Assembly (NCBI RefSeq): GCF_001194135.2
Contig: NC_068983.1
Span: 5,162,586-5,212,179 of the forward strand
Length of the DNA: 49,594 nt
From: Octopus bimaculoides
Lineage: Eukaryota
Direction of reading: 5' to 3'
Shown: piece after piece, positions 1 through 11,452 of the stretch
How positions within the stretch are numbered: position 1 is the first letter of the stretch
How the letters are laid out: the number at the start of each line of letters is the position of its first letter
Program-made: the position numbers and the translations under genes
Notes under the pieces: model-generated
The model's database searches: none
Seen by the model: the letters and a program-made list of their open reading frames with translations, nothing else
Told to the model about the DNA's origin: nothing

Positions 1-49
<49 letters not shown>

Positions 50-90
50 GTATGTATATATATACATATATACATACATATATATATTTG

Positions 91-123
<33 letters not shown>

Positions 124-190
124 GTATATATATATATGTATATGTATATATATATATGTATGTATATGTATATATATGTATATATATAAT
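1..190. repeat. (TA)n/(TATG)n microsatellite
   Basis: Directly visible di- and tetranucleotide repeat; source of the YI/CI ORFs. Confidence 0.97.
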
Positions 191-343
191 GAATACTATG
201 TTGTTACCATCATTTCAAGAGGAACTGTTTCATCGCTATACATTGGTTTGTACATTCAAATTTATATAAAACCATTCAATAATGAATTAATTAATCAATC
301 AATCAATTCATGAAATGGTTTTCCTTCCACATTCTTGACAGGC

Positions 344-386
<43 letters not shown>

Positions 387-1199
387 GATATTAATTTGTT
401 TTTGATATATGTATATATATTATGAATATATTTGTATATTTTTTGTATATATGCATATATACCTGTGTGTATGTATACATAAATATACAAACACACATAT
501 ATCGTTCTTAAAGAAAAATATCATTGGCAGTGACTTCGAAGTTACTGTCAATAATATTCTTGTTTAAGAATAATAAATTCACACTCTACAGAAGTATAGA
601 GTACCCCCCCCNNNNNNNNNNNNNNNNNNNNNNNNNNNNNNNNNNNNNNNNNNNNNNNNNNNNNNNNNNNNNNNNNNNNNNNNNNNNNNNNNNNNNNNNN
701 NNNNNNNNNNNNNNNNNNNNNNNNNNNNNNNNNNNNNNNNNNNNNNNTATATATATATATATATATATATATTCTGTCATTTATGACTATATATGTATGT
801 ATATATTATCTATTCAAAATTTTAACAGTGGCATCCAACGCTTCGTCTGTTATTGACATTATTTGAAAATATTTTTATTCTTGTTTTCTTTTTGTAAATA
901 TGTTTTAAAAAAAATATACTAAAAAAACAAAAACAAAAAGCTATTTTGCATCTTGTGGTGCCATTTATTACCATTCCATATTCTTACTCAAAATCCATAT
1001 CGAATTATATTTTTATTTTTTCTTTCTTTCTAAGTTAAAACTTTATACAGAACAAAGGAATCTGATAATGGCTTCTCACCTCCTCCTCTTCATCAACATC
1101 ATCATCTCTTCCTCCTTTCTCCCCCCTGTTCCTTGGTCTGTTAAACTGGTCCTTCAGATATCCCTAAACTAATTCTTGTGAGTAATCTCAATTGTGTTG

Positions 1200-1435
1200 G
1201 TCACTATAACCTGGAAGATATGGTGACTGTAGCCTGACAGCTATGACTATAACGTAGTGGTATGGTCACTACAACCTGAAATATGCTCTCTGTAACCTCT
1301 GGTATGGTCACTTTACTTTAACAGGTATGGCTATTTTAACCTAAGCATGGTCACTCTAACCCCAATGGTTTGGTTACCATAACATGAGAGGTGTGGTCAC
1401 TGAACTGTTAGACACATGGTCACTCTAACCTCATA
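1200..1435. repeat. Degenerate ~19-22 bp minisatellite (core ggtatggtcactataacct)
   Basis: About 10 recurrences of tggtcact(a/c)taacc variants in tandem. Confidence 0.75.
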
Positions 1436-1589
1436 CCAAGGCCAAGGGTTTTATTCTCAGTTGTAGAATTTTCCTTCATGTCCATTGTTAATTTGGGAAA
1501 GCCATGAATGTCATTTGATCCCATTTCAAGTCCACGGCTCTCAGTCTCTATAACATCTCAATAAACAACCTGTTTTCTCTGCCCACAAT

Positions 1590-1850
1590 TCCTGGAAGAG
1601 CTGCAAGACAAAATCCTTATGCACCTCCTCCATAGACTCCTATCAGAGGCAGCTGTCATTATACTTTCTGCCGAGATTCCTAAGCATGACCAACTGGAAT
1701 CATGGATATTACCCAACCATCTCATTCTTGGTCTACCCTTTGGTCTTCTGCTGTTTGGCTCAGCCTGAAGAATCCATTTTGCATTTCATTCCTGTGACAT
1801 TCTAATCACATCTCCGTAATACTGGACCTGTGACCTCTCAATGCAAAGAA
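1590..1850 (-). mobile_element. RTE-clade LINE, decayed ORF C-terminus
   Basis: Minus translation IERSQVQYYGDVIRMSQE*NAKWILQAEPNSRRPKGRPRMRWLGNIHDSSWSCLGISAE...DRSLWR matches the RTE C-terminal pattern IERSQLRWFGHxxRM...RPRGRPRxRW. Confidence 0.85.
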
Positions 1851-1855
1851 ATATT

Positions 1856-2150
1856 TGAGTGCTGCAGAGCAGGGATGAAAAAGAATGTTGTGAAGACTGA
1901 GACATTGGTCCTCTCAAGAATGTCTTCTCAGTGCATTTTGCATCACCAAAGCAAGTGGAACAGTTTAAGCATTTTGGGATCATATTCTTGAATGTTGGGA
2001 AGCAGGAAGCTGAAATCGGATGCTAGAATTACAGGTGCTGGCATAGCAATGCAACCACTCCGGTACTTGATTGTCAAAAGTGGCAATTTTAATCCAAGAA
2101 GCCAAACTCGCTATCTCCAATTCAGTTTCTAGCCTATCCTCACCTGTGAT
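1856..2150 (+). mobile_element. RTE-clade LINE RT/thumb fragment, inverted relative to 1590-1850
   Basis: Plus translation with frameshifts: AGMKKNVVKTETLVLSR...QVEQFKHFGIIF...EI-DARITGA...AKLAISNSV-PILTCDH, matching RTE AGMKIS.KTE..LSR / QVEEFKYLG / EID.RI..A / AKL.I..S...PILTYGHE. Confidence 0.8.
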
Positions 2151-2969
2151 CATCTCAGTAGTATAATTATTAGTTCCTCTCACTCTTAAGAATCCAGCCA
2201 TGAAAAAATAGTTTTCTCAATAGTTCCCTCTGACATCAGTCCTTCAACTGTGATCCCTGTGTCTATCTATGTTTGTACTTGAAACAAAAAAAAAAAGAAA
2301 AAACCCATTAAAAATCATCACAGAATCTGTTCCTAATTTCACATTATATTTAATCTACAAAAGTTTGTGATGTACCAAAAATATTGGTTCTACTTCAAAC
2401 CCCATTTACACTTTAAAAGTAAAGTTGTCCCCAAATCCTTTTACTTCTTTTCCTTCCTTTTCGCTATCTGGAATCTATTTTTTAAGGGATCAGGAAATAA
2501 CATTGGGAGGCTGTTAGATTCTGTTTTCAACAATACTAACATTCATTAAGCTATGATATACCAAGCTCCCTAAAAGAGTATGATATTTTTAATTCTTTTT
2601 ATTTCTTATGATAATTGGGCAAAATTCTAGAAATCAGGATGATCAGAGATCAAAAGGCAATGCTACATTTCTGATCAATTTTTTAATCTTAATGGTAGTA
2701 CGAGACTCTAAGGAGACTAGCAGGTCTTCCAAGAAGCTCCCACCTGAGGCAAGCGTTTCAGTCCTTAACTTGTGACACTCAAAGATGGCCTGGCAGCAAT
2801 CAGCTCATGACACCTGGATGTCCCTCTGCTGCCACATTCTGTGCTGTTGTCTGCATTGCAACTTCCCTGGTGCTCCAGATCCAAGACTCTTTGAGTGTTG
2901 TAACCAGTTCTGTTTAAAACATCAGTTGACTGTAGAGCAAATTCTGCTTTTTGAAATGGAATTTGTATG

Positions 2970-3160
2970 GGCTGGAGTTGTGGCTCTGTAGTTAAGAAGT
3001 TTGCTTTTCAACTAAATAGTTTCGGGTTCCATCCCACTGTGAAGCACCTTGTGTCTCCTATCATAGCCTCTAGTTGACCCAAAGCCTTAACAATGAAGCT
3101 GGGCAGACTGAAAAGGTGTGGAAGTTTGCTTGAAAGACCCTTCCTGTGTTTTTGGGTCTG
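2970..3160 (+). mobile_element. tRNA-derived SINE, family A head (degenerate)
   Basis: Matches the recurring consensus gtggctgtgtggtaagaagtttgcttcccaaccacatggttcyrggttcagtcccactg...gtagatggaaactgaaagaagcc seen more than 15 times in the window. Confidence 0.75.
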
Positions 3161-3365
3161 TGGTACCTTTAATGATATGTGATGAGATGAAAGTTTTTGG
3201 GGATAGATCTTTGGGCTGAATATAATGTCTCTTCCTCTCTGCCCCATTCCATCTTGAAGATCCTAAAAAAATGAAGCCATGGTTACTGAGCCCTTAATGA
3301 AGGAGTCAATTTAACAACTTTATCAGTGATTTACTACAGCTACTATGTATATATANNNNNNNNNN

Positions 3366-3407
<42 letters not shown>

Positions 3408-5219
3408 ATAGATAGATATAAACAATCTTCATCAAATCCCACTAAGCCTAAAAATGTTTTATATTTCTGGTACTCCACCCACTCCTCTGCCTCCTGCTTC
3501 TTCTATCAAGCTATTTAAACATTATCTTTGTTGAAATAGTAAAGATGAAATGGCAGAGTGTGTGTAGCTCAAAATAACAAATAATTCACAACTTGTTAAC
3601 CCTCATTAATTCTGTTTCATCCCACAAACATTTGTTATGTTTTCTAAATAACCTCTGAAACCTATTCACTTCAGGTGGGGAAGTTACAACTCATAGGCTC
3701 TAGTGACTTAGCCAGTGTAGCAGAGTAATGAGGTATCTTTTATCTATTAAACTCTATAGAAATCTACTCTTCCATCCCTTCTTGTTTTCTCATCCCTACC
3801 ATCTTTGCATTATCGGTTGAGAACTAACCAGATTCCTTGTTCTATATAATGTAATTTGAATTCATTCTTGATCTCAATCAATTTATTATTTCCTCATGGG
3901 GAGTAAACAAATATAAATTTTTTTTTTCCATTATTTTAAAATATTTTACAAATAAACAAAAGCTGATGATTTCTATAAGATGAAAATGGTAAATTGACAG
4001 AAACTGTCAAGAAAATAACCGAATACTTTCTAAGAATATCATTTCTGTCCATTGACAGTTTGAGTTCAATATCTCATTGGTGCCAACTTTACCTTTCATC
4101 CCTCAAGGGTTGATAAAATACATGAAATACCAGTCATATTCTGGGCTTTATTTACTATCAACCCTTTTACTCTCTCAAAACTTGCCCCCTTTGTGCATTG
4201 AGATATGCAATTTGGAAGATTTTATTTATATTATTTTGTTATTATTTTAATTCTTTACAAAGCTCTCTTTCTTGACATTCCAACTAAATAATCAATATTG
4301 AAGTTAATTAATGAGGCTAATTAATAAAAATCACTTAGAGGACTGGACCAAGAATTTTTAAAATCAAATATTGGTCCGGTTCGAATTCTTCTGGGTACAG
4401 CTGTTTCTTTTATTCCCCCAGGGTCAATACAATCAATACATACTTAGTAAATGTATTTGTACTCTGGTAGATTCTGTCCACTCTGACCTTTTGACCTACT
4501 AGCCAAATGAAATGCGTATGTGGACACATACTCATGTGTGTGTGTGTGTGTGTGTGTGCTTAAGTTTGTTTTGTAACCATGTGGTTTTGAGATCAATCCT
4601 AATACACAGCATCTTGGGAAGGTGTCTACTGTAGCCTTGGGCCGATCAATACCTTGTGAGTGAATTTGGTAGACAGAAACTGTGTGGAAGCCTCTCATAT
4701 ATATGTGCATGTGTGTGTGTGTGTATACAAACTTGTTACCAGTTCAGATATATTTTGAAGCATATTCAAACCTGGACGAAAATCATATTTTGTTGTGGAG
4801 GAGATTTCTCACTGTTTATAAATGGATGTAAAACCACCTAACCACACTGTTGGACGCATGCATGTATTTCCAGTGTCTGCTGCTGATAACCACTCTGAAA
4901 CGCATGCATGCCGTAGTATGGTTAAGGGTTGCTGTGAGCTGACTTGGTGTGTTTACAGCTGTTTGTCTTCAATGAGACATTTTCTCCATGACAGAATTCA
5001 ATGAATGACCTTCTTAAAGGCTTGAATAACCATCAAGCATATTTTAACTGGTAACAAGCTTGCAGTTATACACATCAATGTTTAAGCACTCTCTCTCACA
5101 CACACACATACACATATACCTATATATATATGTGTGTATTTTCAAGAGGCCTGTGAGAAGAAAACAGTAATATCTTGGATTGTTAAATAAACACCCAACA
5201 CACACACACACAGAAAAAT

Positions 5220-5432
5220 AAGGCGGCGAGCTGGCAGAAACGTTAGCACACCGGGCGAAATGCTTAGCGGTATTTCGTCTGCCGCTACGTTCTGAGTTCA
5301 AATTCCATCGAGGTCGACTTTACCTTTCATCCTTTCGGGGTCGATTAAATAAGTACCAGTTACGCACTGGGGTCGGTATAATCGACTTAATCTGTTTGTC
5401 TGTCCTTGTTTGTCCCCTCTGTGGGTAGTAAA

Positions 5433-5437
<5 letters not shown>
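5220..5437 (+). mobile_element. SINE family C, near-intact copy
   Basis: aggcggcgagctggcagaaacgttagcac...gttctgagttcaaattcc (B-box-like)...ggggtcgattaaataagtaccagt; CpGs retained. Other copies at ~4030-4200, 6420-6640, 19005-19205(-), 26954-27165(-), 34505-34640(-), 35838-36000. Confidence 0.85.
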
Positions 5438-5469
<32 letters not shown>

Positions 5470-5559
5470 AATGACATTCTTACTCAATGAAAATATTTCC
5501 ATTGACTTGAAAATGGAAGGCATTTGATTTTAAATTTTATATTCTTTGATCAACATGCA

Positions 5560-5890
5560 ATATTGACAGGGTCGCCATGGCTGGAAATACTGTTCTACAG
5601 CTTTGTTGAACCATGTTGAACCATATTTTTCTCTGATCCTCACTCTGGTGTTTGGTCAAGCTGAGCTGACCAAGAAGACTCAACAACAACGTGGAGCTTC
5701 TATGTGGTCACTCTACTTCCTAGAAATAACAGTCAAAGCTCCTTCAAATCACACTCTATCATCTTGAAAATGAAAAGGTCACATTAAATAATGTAGTCCT
5801 TGATACTGCTGAAAAGACAGGATGGTCATGGCAGGAATGCTCTTGATCTTAGCTCAGTTTGAGCAGGGTTGTCCTGGGAACAACACACAC
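5560..5890 (+). mobile_element. Dispersed repeat family G (SINE/LINE tail-like)
   Basis: Similar copies at ~6850-7035 and ~21380-21545 (aaatcacac...aatgtagtcct...gatggtcatggc.ggaatgc...aacaaca). Confidence 0.6.
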
Positions 5891-5939
5891 CTTCTTGAAG
5901 GGTTGAGATTAATGTTAAACCATTTTAATAATTAGTAAT

Positions 5940-6148
5940 TATTCTTTTATTTGTTTCAGTCATTTGACTGTGGCCATGCTGGAGCACCGCCTTTAGTAGA
6001 ACAAACCGACCCCAGGACTTATTCTTTGTAAGCCTAGTACTTATTCTATCGGTCTCTCTTGCCGAACTGCTAAGTGACGGGGACGTAAACACACCAGCAT
6101 TGGTTGTTAAGCGATGTTGGGTGGGGGGACAAACACAGACACACAAAC

Positions 6149-6199
<51 letters not shown>

Positions 6200-6407
6200 N
6201 NNNNNNNNNNNNNNNNNNNNNNNNNNNNNNNNNNNNNNNNNNNNNNATATATGACGGGATTCTTTCAGTTTCCTTCTACCAAATCCACTCACAGGGCTGT
6301 GGTCGGCCCGAGGCTATAGTAGAAGACACTTGCCCAAGGTGCCACACAATGGGACTGAACCCGGAACCATGTGTTTGGTAAGCAAGCTACTTACCACACA
6401 GCCACTT
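5940..6407 (-). mobile_element. Composite SINE: family A head, TA microsatellite, family B tail
   Basis: Reverse complement of the full unit seen at 39450-39842; the N gap lies inside its TA tract. Confidence 0.85.
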
Positions 6408-7062
6408 GGGTGGTGAGCCAGCAGAATGGTCTGCACGGTGGGCAGAGCAGAATGCTTTGCAACATTCCATCTGGCTTTACGTTCTGAGTTCAAATTCCAC
6501 CAAGGTTGGCTTTACCTTTCATTCAATCAAGGTTGACAAAATAAGGATCAGTTGAGCCCTGGGGTTGACGTGACTGGCTTCAACCAACTTCCCCTCACCC
6601 CTGAAATTGTTAGCCTTGTGCCAAAATTTGAAATCAGTGTTTGATTAGTCCAAACTTTCTCTCCTAAATCCTGGTTCTGGGATAAATGAACATTTGGGAA
6701 AATAGGGCCTGCAGCGAGGTTTCATTGTTTTGTACTATTTTCCCTCTATACTTCTTCCTTATCTTCCTCTGCTCCCATTTCCACTCCTCTCCATCCCCCT
6801 ACTTTTCCACCCTCTCCCCCTCTCTTCATAACATGTCCCTCTTAGGGTAATCTCATGTACCACAAGCAAGGTGGCTACATGATTAAATAGAAACACCAGT
6901 CAAATCTCTCTACTGTCTCAGCAGGACAATGTTGTCCTAGACACTCCTTAAAAAAAGACAGGATGGTTATGGCTGGATTACCTTTGATTATAATTCTGCT
7001 CAATCACAACTGACCTAGGGCTACACAACAACATAACACAAGCTTTGTCTAACACCAGAGGT

Positions 7063-7200
7063 GCAGGTGTGGCTGTGTGGTTAAGAAGTTTGCTTCCCAA
7101 CCACACAGTTTTGGGTTCAGTCCCACTGTGTGGAACCTCAAGCAAGTGTCTTTTACCACAATGGGTTTGGTACATGGAAATTGAAAGAAGCCTTTCATAT
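7063..7200 (+). mobile_element. SINE family A head
   Basis: ggtgtggctgtgtggttaagaagtttgcttcccaaccacacagttttgggttcagtcccactgtgtgg. Confidence 0.8.
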
Positions 7201-7214
7201 ATGTACGTATGTGT

Positions 7215-7445
7215 GCGTTTCCTAGGATCCATATTTCATGAGAGCTGTAAAGGATTGTCACTGTCATATAAGCAGTGTCATTCATTTCCAATATATTGCA
7301 AAAACATGTCTGGCCATGGGGAAATATTCTACCTTACTTGGAAACAAGTAATAGTTGGTGACTGGAAAGACATCCAGTGGTAGCAAATCTGCCTCAGTGA
7401 AATCTGCCTGACCCAGACAAGCATGGAAAAGTGGACATTAAAATG
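7215..7445 (+). mobile_element. Dispersed SINE-like family H
   Basis: acatgtctggccatggggaaatatt.ccttacttgg.aac...ggtgac.ggaaag.catcc...gcatggaaaagtggacattaaa; similar copies at ~21800-22050(-), 37545-37680(-), 42690-42880(-), 44400-44650. Confidence 0.7.
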
Positions 7446-7662
7446 CACACAGTTCTCTAAAATATTAGGACTAATTAACTAATTAGTTAATTGATTACTG
7501 CTGTTTATTATATTAATATGGTTGAGTAGAATGAAAATTTACTTCTCCATGACAATTCAACAACAATTCTAGTCATTTGTGTGAAGAAAAAGAAAATGTC
7601 TCACATGAAGCATAAACATGTATATAATTGTATGTGTGTGCAACTGTTGTCACATTTCTTTA

Positions 7663-7699
<37 letters not shown>

Positions 7700-7709
7700 N
7701 NNNNNNNNN

Positions 7710-7753
<44 letters not shown>

Positions 7754-8032
7754 GAAAGAGAGAAATATATGTCTTTATATATATACATTTATGTATGTAT
7801 AGATATATTCTTATATGCATATATTTGTATGTGTATATAGATACATCTTTATATACATGCTTCTGTGAAATATATATATATATCCATAGGGAGATATACT
7901 TGCATAGCAAGTGACCTGATCTGAGATTGTGTGCTGAAACAAAAACAACTGCAGCATGGAAGGTGTTTATAAGCCATTTAAAAACACACAAAAACCGTTA
8001 GATTCACTTCATTCAGCATTTAAATTTAATTT

Positions 8033-8082
8033 GTGTCAAAATGTTTTCGCCACTTTGAGACCGCGACCTGTTCACTGACAAA
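8033..8082 (-). ncRNA. Type I hammerhead ribozyme motif with G3-C8 variant core (antisense twin)
   Basis: Minus strand reads TTTGTCA-GTGAACA-G-GTCGC-ggtctcaaa-GTGGC-GAAA-ACATT-T-TGACA; stem II pairs with two G.U wobbles. Confidence 0.6.
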
Positions 8083-8101
8083 ATTCCGTACTGCACAGAA
8101 T

Positions 8102-8152
8102 TTTGTCAGTGAACAGGTCACGGTCTCAAAGCGACGAAAATATTTTGGCAAA
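8102..8152 (+). ncRNA. Type I hammerhead ribozyme motif with G3-C8 variant core
   Basis: Stem I TTTGTCA (8102-8108)/TGGCAAA (8146-8152); core GTGAACA; extra G; stem II GTCAC/GCGAC (one mismatch); GAAA; palindromic stem III AATATT; cleavage triplet UUU. Confidence 0.6.
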
Positions 8153-9302
8153 TTAAATTTAAATGATGAAGTGAATCCAATGGTTTTTGTGTGTTTTTAA
8201 ATGGCTTATAAACACCTTTCACTCTGCAATTGTATATATATGTGCATACAAACATACATCTGTGAGTGTATGTGTATATATATATATATATATATATACA
8301 NNNNNNNNNNNNNNNNNNNNNNNNNNNNNNNNNNNNNNNNNNNNNNNNNNNNNNNNNNNNNNNNNNNNNNNNNNNNNNNNNNNNNNNNNNNNNNNNNNNN
8401 NNNNNNNNNNNNNNNNNNNNNNNNNNNNNNNNNNNNNNNNNNNNNNNNNNNNNNNNNNNNNNNNNNNNNNNNNNNNNNNNNNNNNNNNNNNNNNNNNNNN
8501 NNNNNNNNNNNNNNNNNNNNNNNNNNNNNNNNNNNNNNNNNNNNNNNNNNNNNNNNNNNNNNNNNNNNNNNNNNNNNNNNNNNNNNNNNNNNNNNNNNNN
8601 NNNNNNNNNNNNNNNNNNNNNNNNNNNNNNNNNNNNNNNNNNNNNNNNNNNNNNNNNNNNNNNNNNNNNNNNNNNNNNNNNNNNNNNNNNNNNNNNNNNN
8701 NNNNNNNNNNNNNNNNNNNNNNNNNNNNNNNNNNNNNNNNNNNNNNNNNNNNNNNNNNNNNNNNNNNNNNNNNNNNNNNNNNNNNNNNNNNNNNNNNNNN
8801 NNNNNNNNNNNNNNNNNNNNNNNNNNNNNNNNNNNNNNNNNNNNNNNNNNNNNNNNNNNNNNNNNNNNNNNNNNNNNNNNNNNNNNNNNNNNNNNNNNNN
8901 NNNNNNNNNNNNNNNNNNNNNNNNNNNNNNNNNNNNNNNNNNNTAAAACTTTTAACTTCTTAAAATGTTATTTGTATATTATTTACAGAAAATGTTCTTC
9001 AAAGAATAAATCTGGATTGACATTTTTAGAACATCTGCACTCTGCCCCCCCCCCATTTTTCTTCTCTTCTGTTCTCCTCTCCTTCTTTTGGCTCATGGCC
9101 CCTCTTTATCCTATTCTTCTTCTGTCCTTTGCTCTTTCTTCTTCTTCTTCTTCTTCTTCTTCTTCTCCTCTCTCCTCCTCCTCCTCCACCCACCCCACTT
9201 CTTTCACACATCCAGAGATTCTTCAAGAAGTTTCTTTCCTTCTCTTAGTTTAAAATGTTTCACTTGAATTTTTGTTGTTATATTTGTTAAGTTTGTTATT
9301 AA

Positions 9303-9590
9303 CCATTTCAAGTACCAAATGCTGATGGCACTGGTGAAGGTAACCGATTCCTTGCAATATGCCATCATAAAACTGTACCTGCACTGAGTGTAGCATGTAT
9401 GTGTGTGCATCTGCATGTCTATGCAATGTGTGTGCCTGTGTATGTGTGTATGTGTGTGTGTGTGTGTGTGTGCGTGCAAACTATAAAACTTCAGTTGGTC
9501 TTTTTGTATCTGAACTATTCCAAAATTCTTTACTTGGTTTTGTCTGTGACTTACCAAAAAATAAATTCAGATATTTGGTACTTGAAATGG
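9303..9590. mobile_element. piggyBac-like MITE
   Basis: Perfect 18 bp TIR CCATTTCAAGTACCAAAT / ATTTGGTACTTGAAATGG with TTAA on both sides (9299-9302, 9591-9594). Confidence 0.8.
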
Positions 9591-9654
9591 TTAAGGAAAA
9601 AGTAAAAAAAAAAAATCATTTTCATCATGATCATAAATTATTTTATTATCATAA

Positions 9655-9685
<31 letters not shown>

Positions 9686-10218
9686 GATTATTATTATGAC
9701 ATGTAAATTACATTCCCTATTTTAAAATATGTCTATTTTTTAAACTTGTATTATATTTTGTGTTTTCTGTTAAACTGTAAAATTTTAGCATATTTTTGTT
9801 TAGGGTTGTATTTCCTTTTAGATATAGATGCATAGTGCTTCACACATTTTTGAAGGGCAAACCATTTAATGAAAACAGAAAGATATCTTGGTGCTTTTGA
9901 GAAGAACTATCTGCTGTTTTCTGCTTATATTAGGGCTCTGGGAAGTTAAACGTTGAATATAAAGTTTCCCTTTTGCATGGAAACTTGTAAAATATTAAAT
10001 GGAGTTCAAGACTACGTGCAGAGACAGAGACCTAAGACATTTTAAAATGAGAAAGAAATAAAATAGGAAATTTGTAATTTGCAATGTGTGGTAGGGAAAA
10101 AACATAACAAAAGTGAAATAGACACAAATATATGTTGGAGAGGACATTACTAGTTTTGTATATATTAAATATATACACACATACACGCATATATATATAT
10201 ATATATGCATGTGTGCGC

Positions 10219-10250
<32 letters not shown>

Positions 10251-10620
10251 CTTTCCAAACAATTGGCCAAAACTTGGGTAAATTCCTTAACTTTCTAAAA
10301 ATATCCTTTTTCTTACAAGTCTGGAAGTGCCTTAAATTTATATAAATGTAATATTTTAGTACAAATTTATCACACACTGTTATATTGGTGCTATGAATGA
10401 AAATAATAGTTATTATATATATCGAATAGTATATTCCACATAATTTCGTTAGTTAACCATTTGTACAATATTAAAAAGCAGAGAATTTCATTCACTATAA
10501 CAAACAAGACAAAGGTTAGGAAAAAAAAAAAAAATGAAAGCTAATTGTTTTACTCTGTTGTACCCCTAAATATGCTGCATTGATAACCTGGGTATTTCCT
10601 GCTTATCCTCACCTTCACAG

Positions 10621-10840
10621 GTTGTTTAATGCTTCTAATATATTTTGGAAAATCTTCACTTTGTTAAGTATTACATGGAAAATAAACCAACAGTGTTGAG
10701 AAAAAGTATTGTTACCAGCAAGCCATTCTGGTGTGTTGTGACAACAATAGCACCTGTTTTCTAAATTCTTCGATTATTTTCTATCTTATATTTGATAAGG
10801 GAAACCTTTCCCGAAATATAATAGAAGCGTTAAATAAATC
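10621..10840. repeat. Imperfect inverted repeat (arms ~10621-10686 and ~10774-10840)
   Basis: tttaatgcttctaatatattttggaaaa...ggaaaataa versus the reverse complement tttaacgcttctattatatttcgggaaag...agaaaataa. Confidence 0.7.
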
Positions 10841-11136
10841 TCACCCTTGTTACAAACCTTGCTTATTATGTTGAATGTTTTTATTTTTAGTTTTAACAAG
10901 CTCTCTTACACTTTCACTGAGCTGTCTTCCTCTTATTGCTGCCTTTTCCTTACAAGAGACATGTCTTCCACGAATGGACTCTCCCTCATATAATCATATT
11001 AATGTAACTCTCCCACTCCAATAATATTTTTTTTTAAAGACAATAAACTGATTGAATTTTGCAATGGTGATGGTGCTTTACACTTTCTTGGTTGCGGTGG
11101 TTGTGGTGGTGATGGTTACTCTTCAATTCACTGCAG

Positions 11137-11180
<44 letters not shown>

Positions 11181-11211
11181 CATATATATATACATACACA
11201 TATATATATAT

Positions 11212-11244
<33 letters not shown>

Positions 11245-11337
11245 TATATATATGTAAGATCCAATTGAATCTTTGAATCTTCCATGTGTTGACATGTACC
11301 TCCTTGCGACACTGTAAACTTTCATTTAATCAAGATA

Positions 11338-11432
11338 TCCTCAGCCTGAAGATTAGCCTGCGGTATACACCTCGCTTGGATATTTACCATTTCCAAGGTT
11401 CCACTCGCTATGAAACATATGTAGCCTGGATT
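11338..11432 (+). ncRNA. Type I hammerhead ribozyme motif with extended stem II
   Basis: CTGAAGA (11346-11352), TAGC...GCTA stem II with an internal CTTGGA/TCCAAG hairpin, GAAA, palindromic stem III ACATATGT, GUA triplet, bulged stem I atcc(tc)agc/gcctggat. Confidence 0.5.
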
Positions 11433-11452
11433 TTATCTACTCCGTTCCTTAA

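Larger units (their letters stand above)
7883..8232. mobile_element. Palindromic element (arms 7946-8086 and 8098-8232), probable inverted pseudo-LTR end of a Penelope-like retroelement
   Basis: High-identity ~140 bp inverted repeat with an 11 nt loop, flanked by TA-rich microsatellite, each arm carrying a hammerhead motif. PLE assignment is inference from the known PLE/HHR association; no PLE ORF is visible. Confidence 0.6.

Noticed and set aside
4870-4920. CTGATAA...GAAACGCATGCATGCCGTA motif
   Set aside because: G8 is missing, there is no stem II and no stem I complement.
10613-10658. Minus-strand mini-exon EDFPKYIRSIKQPVK with gtgagg donor
   Set aside because: Weak acceptor, and the sequence is one arm of the 10621-10840 inverted repeat.
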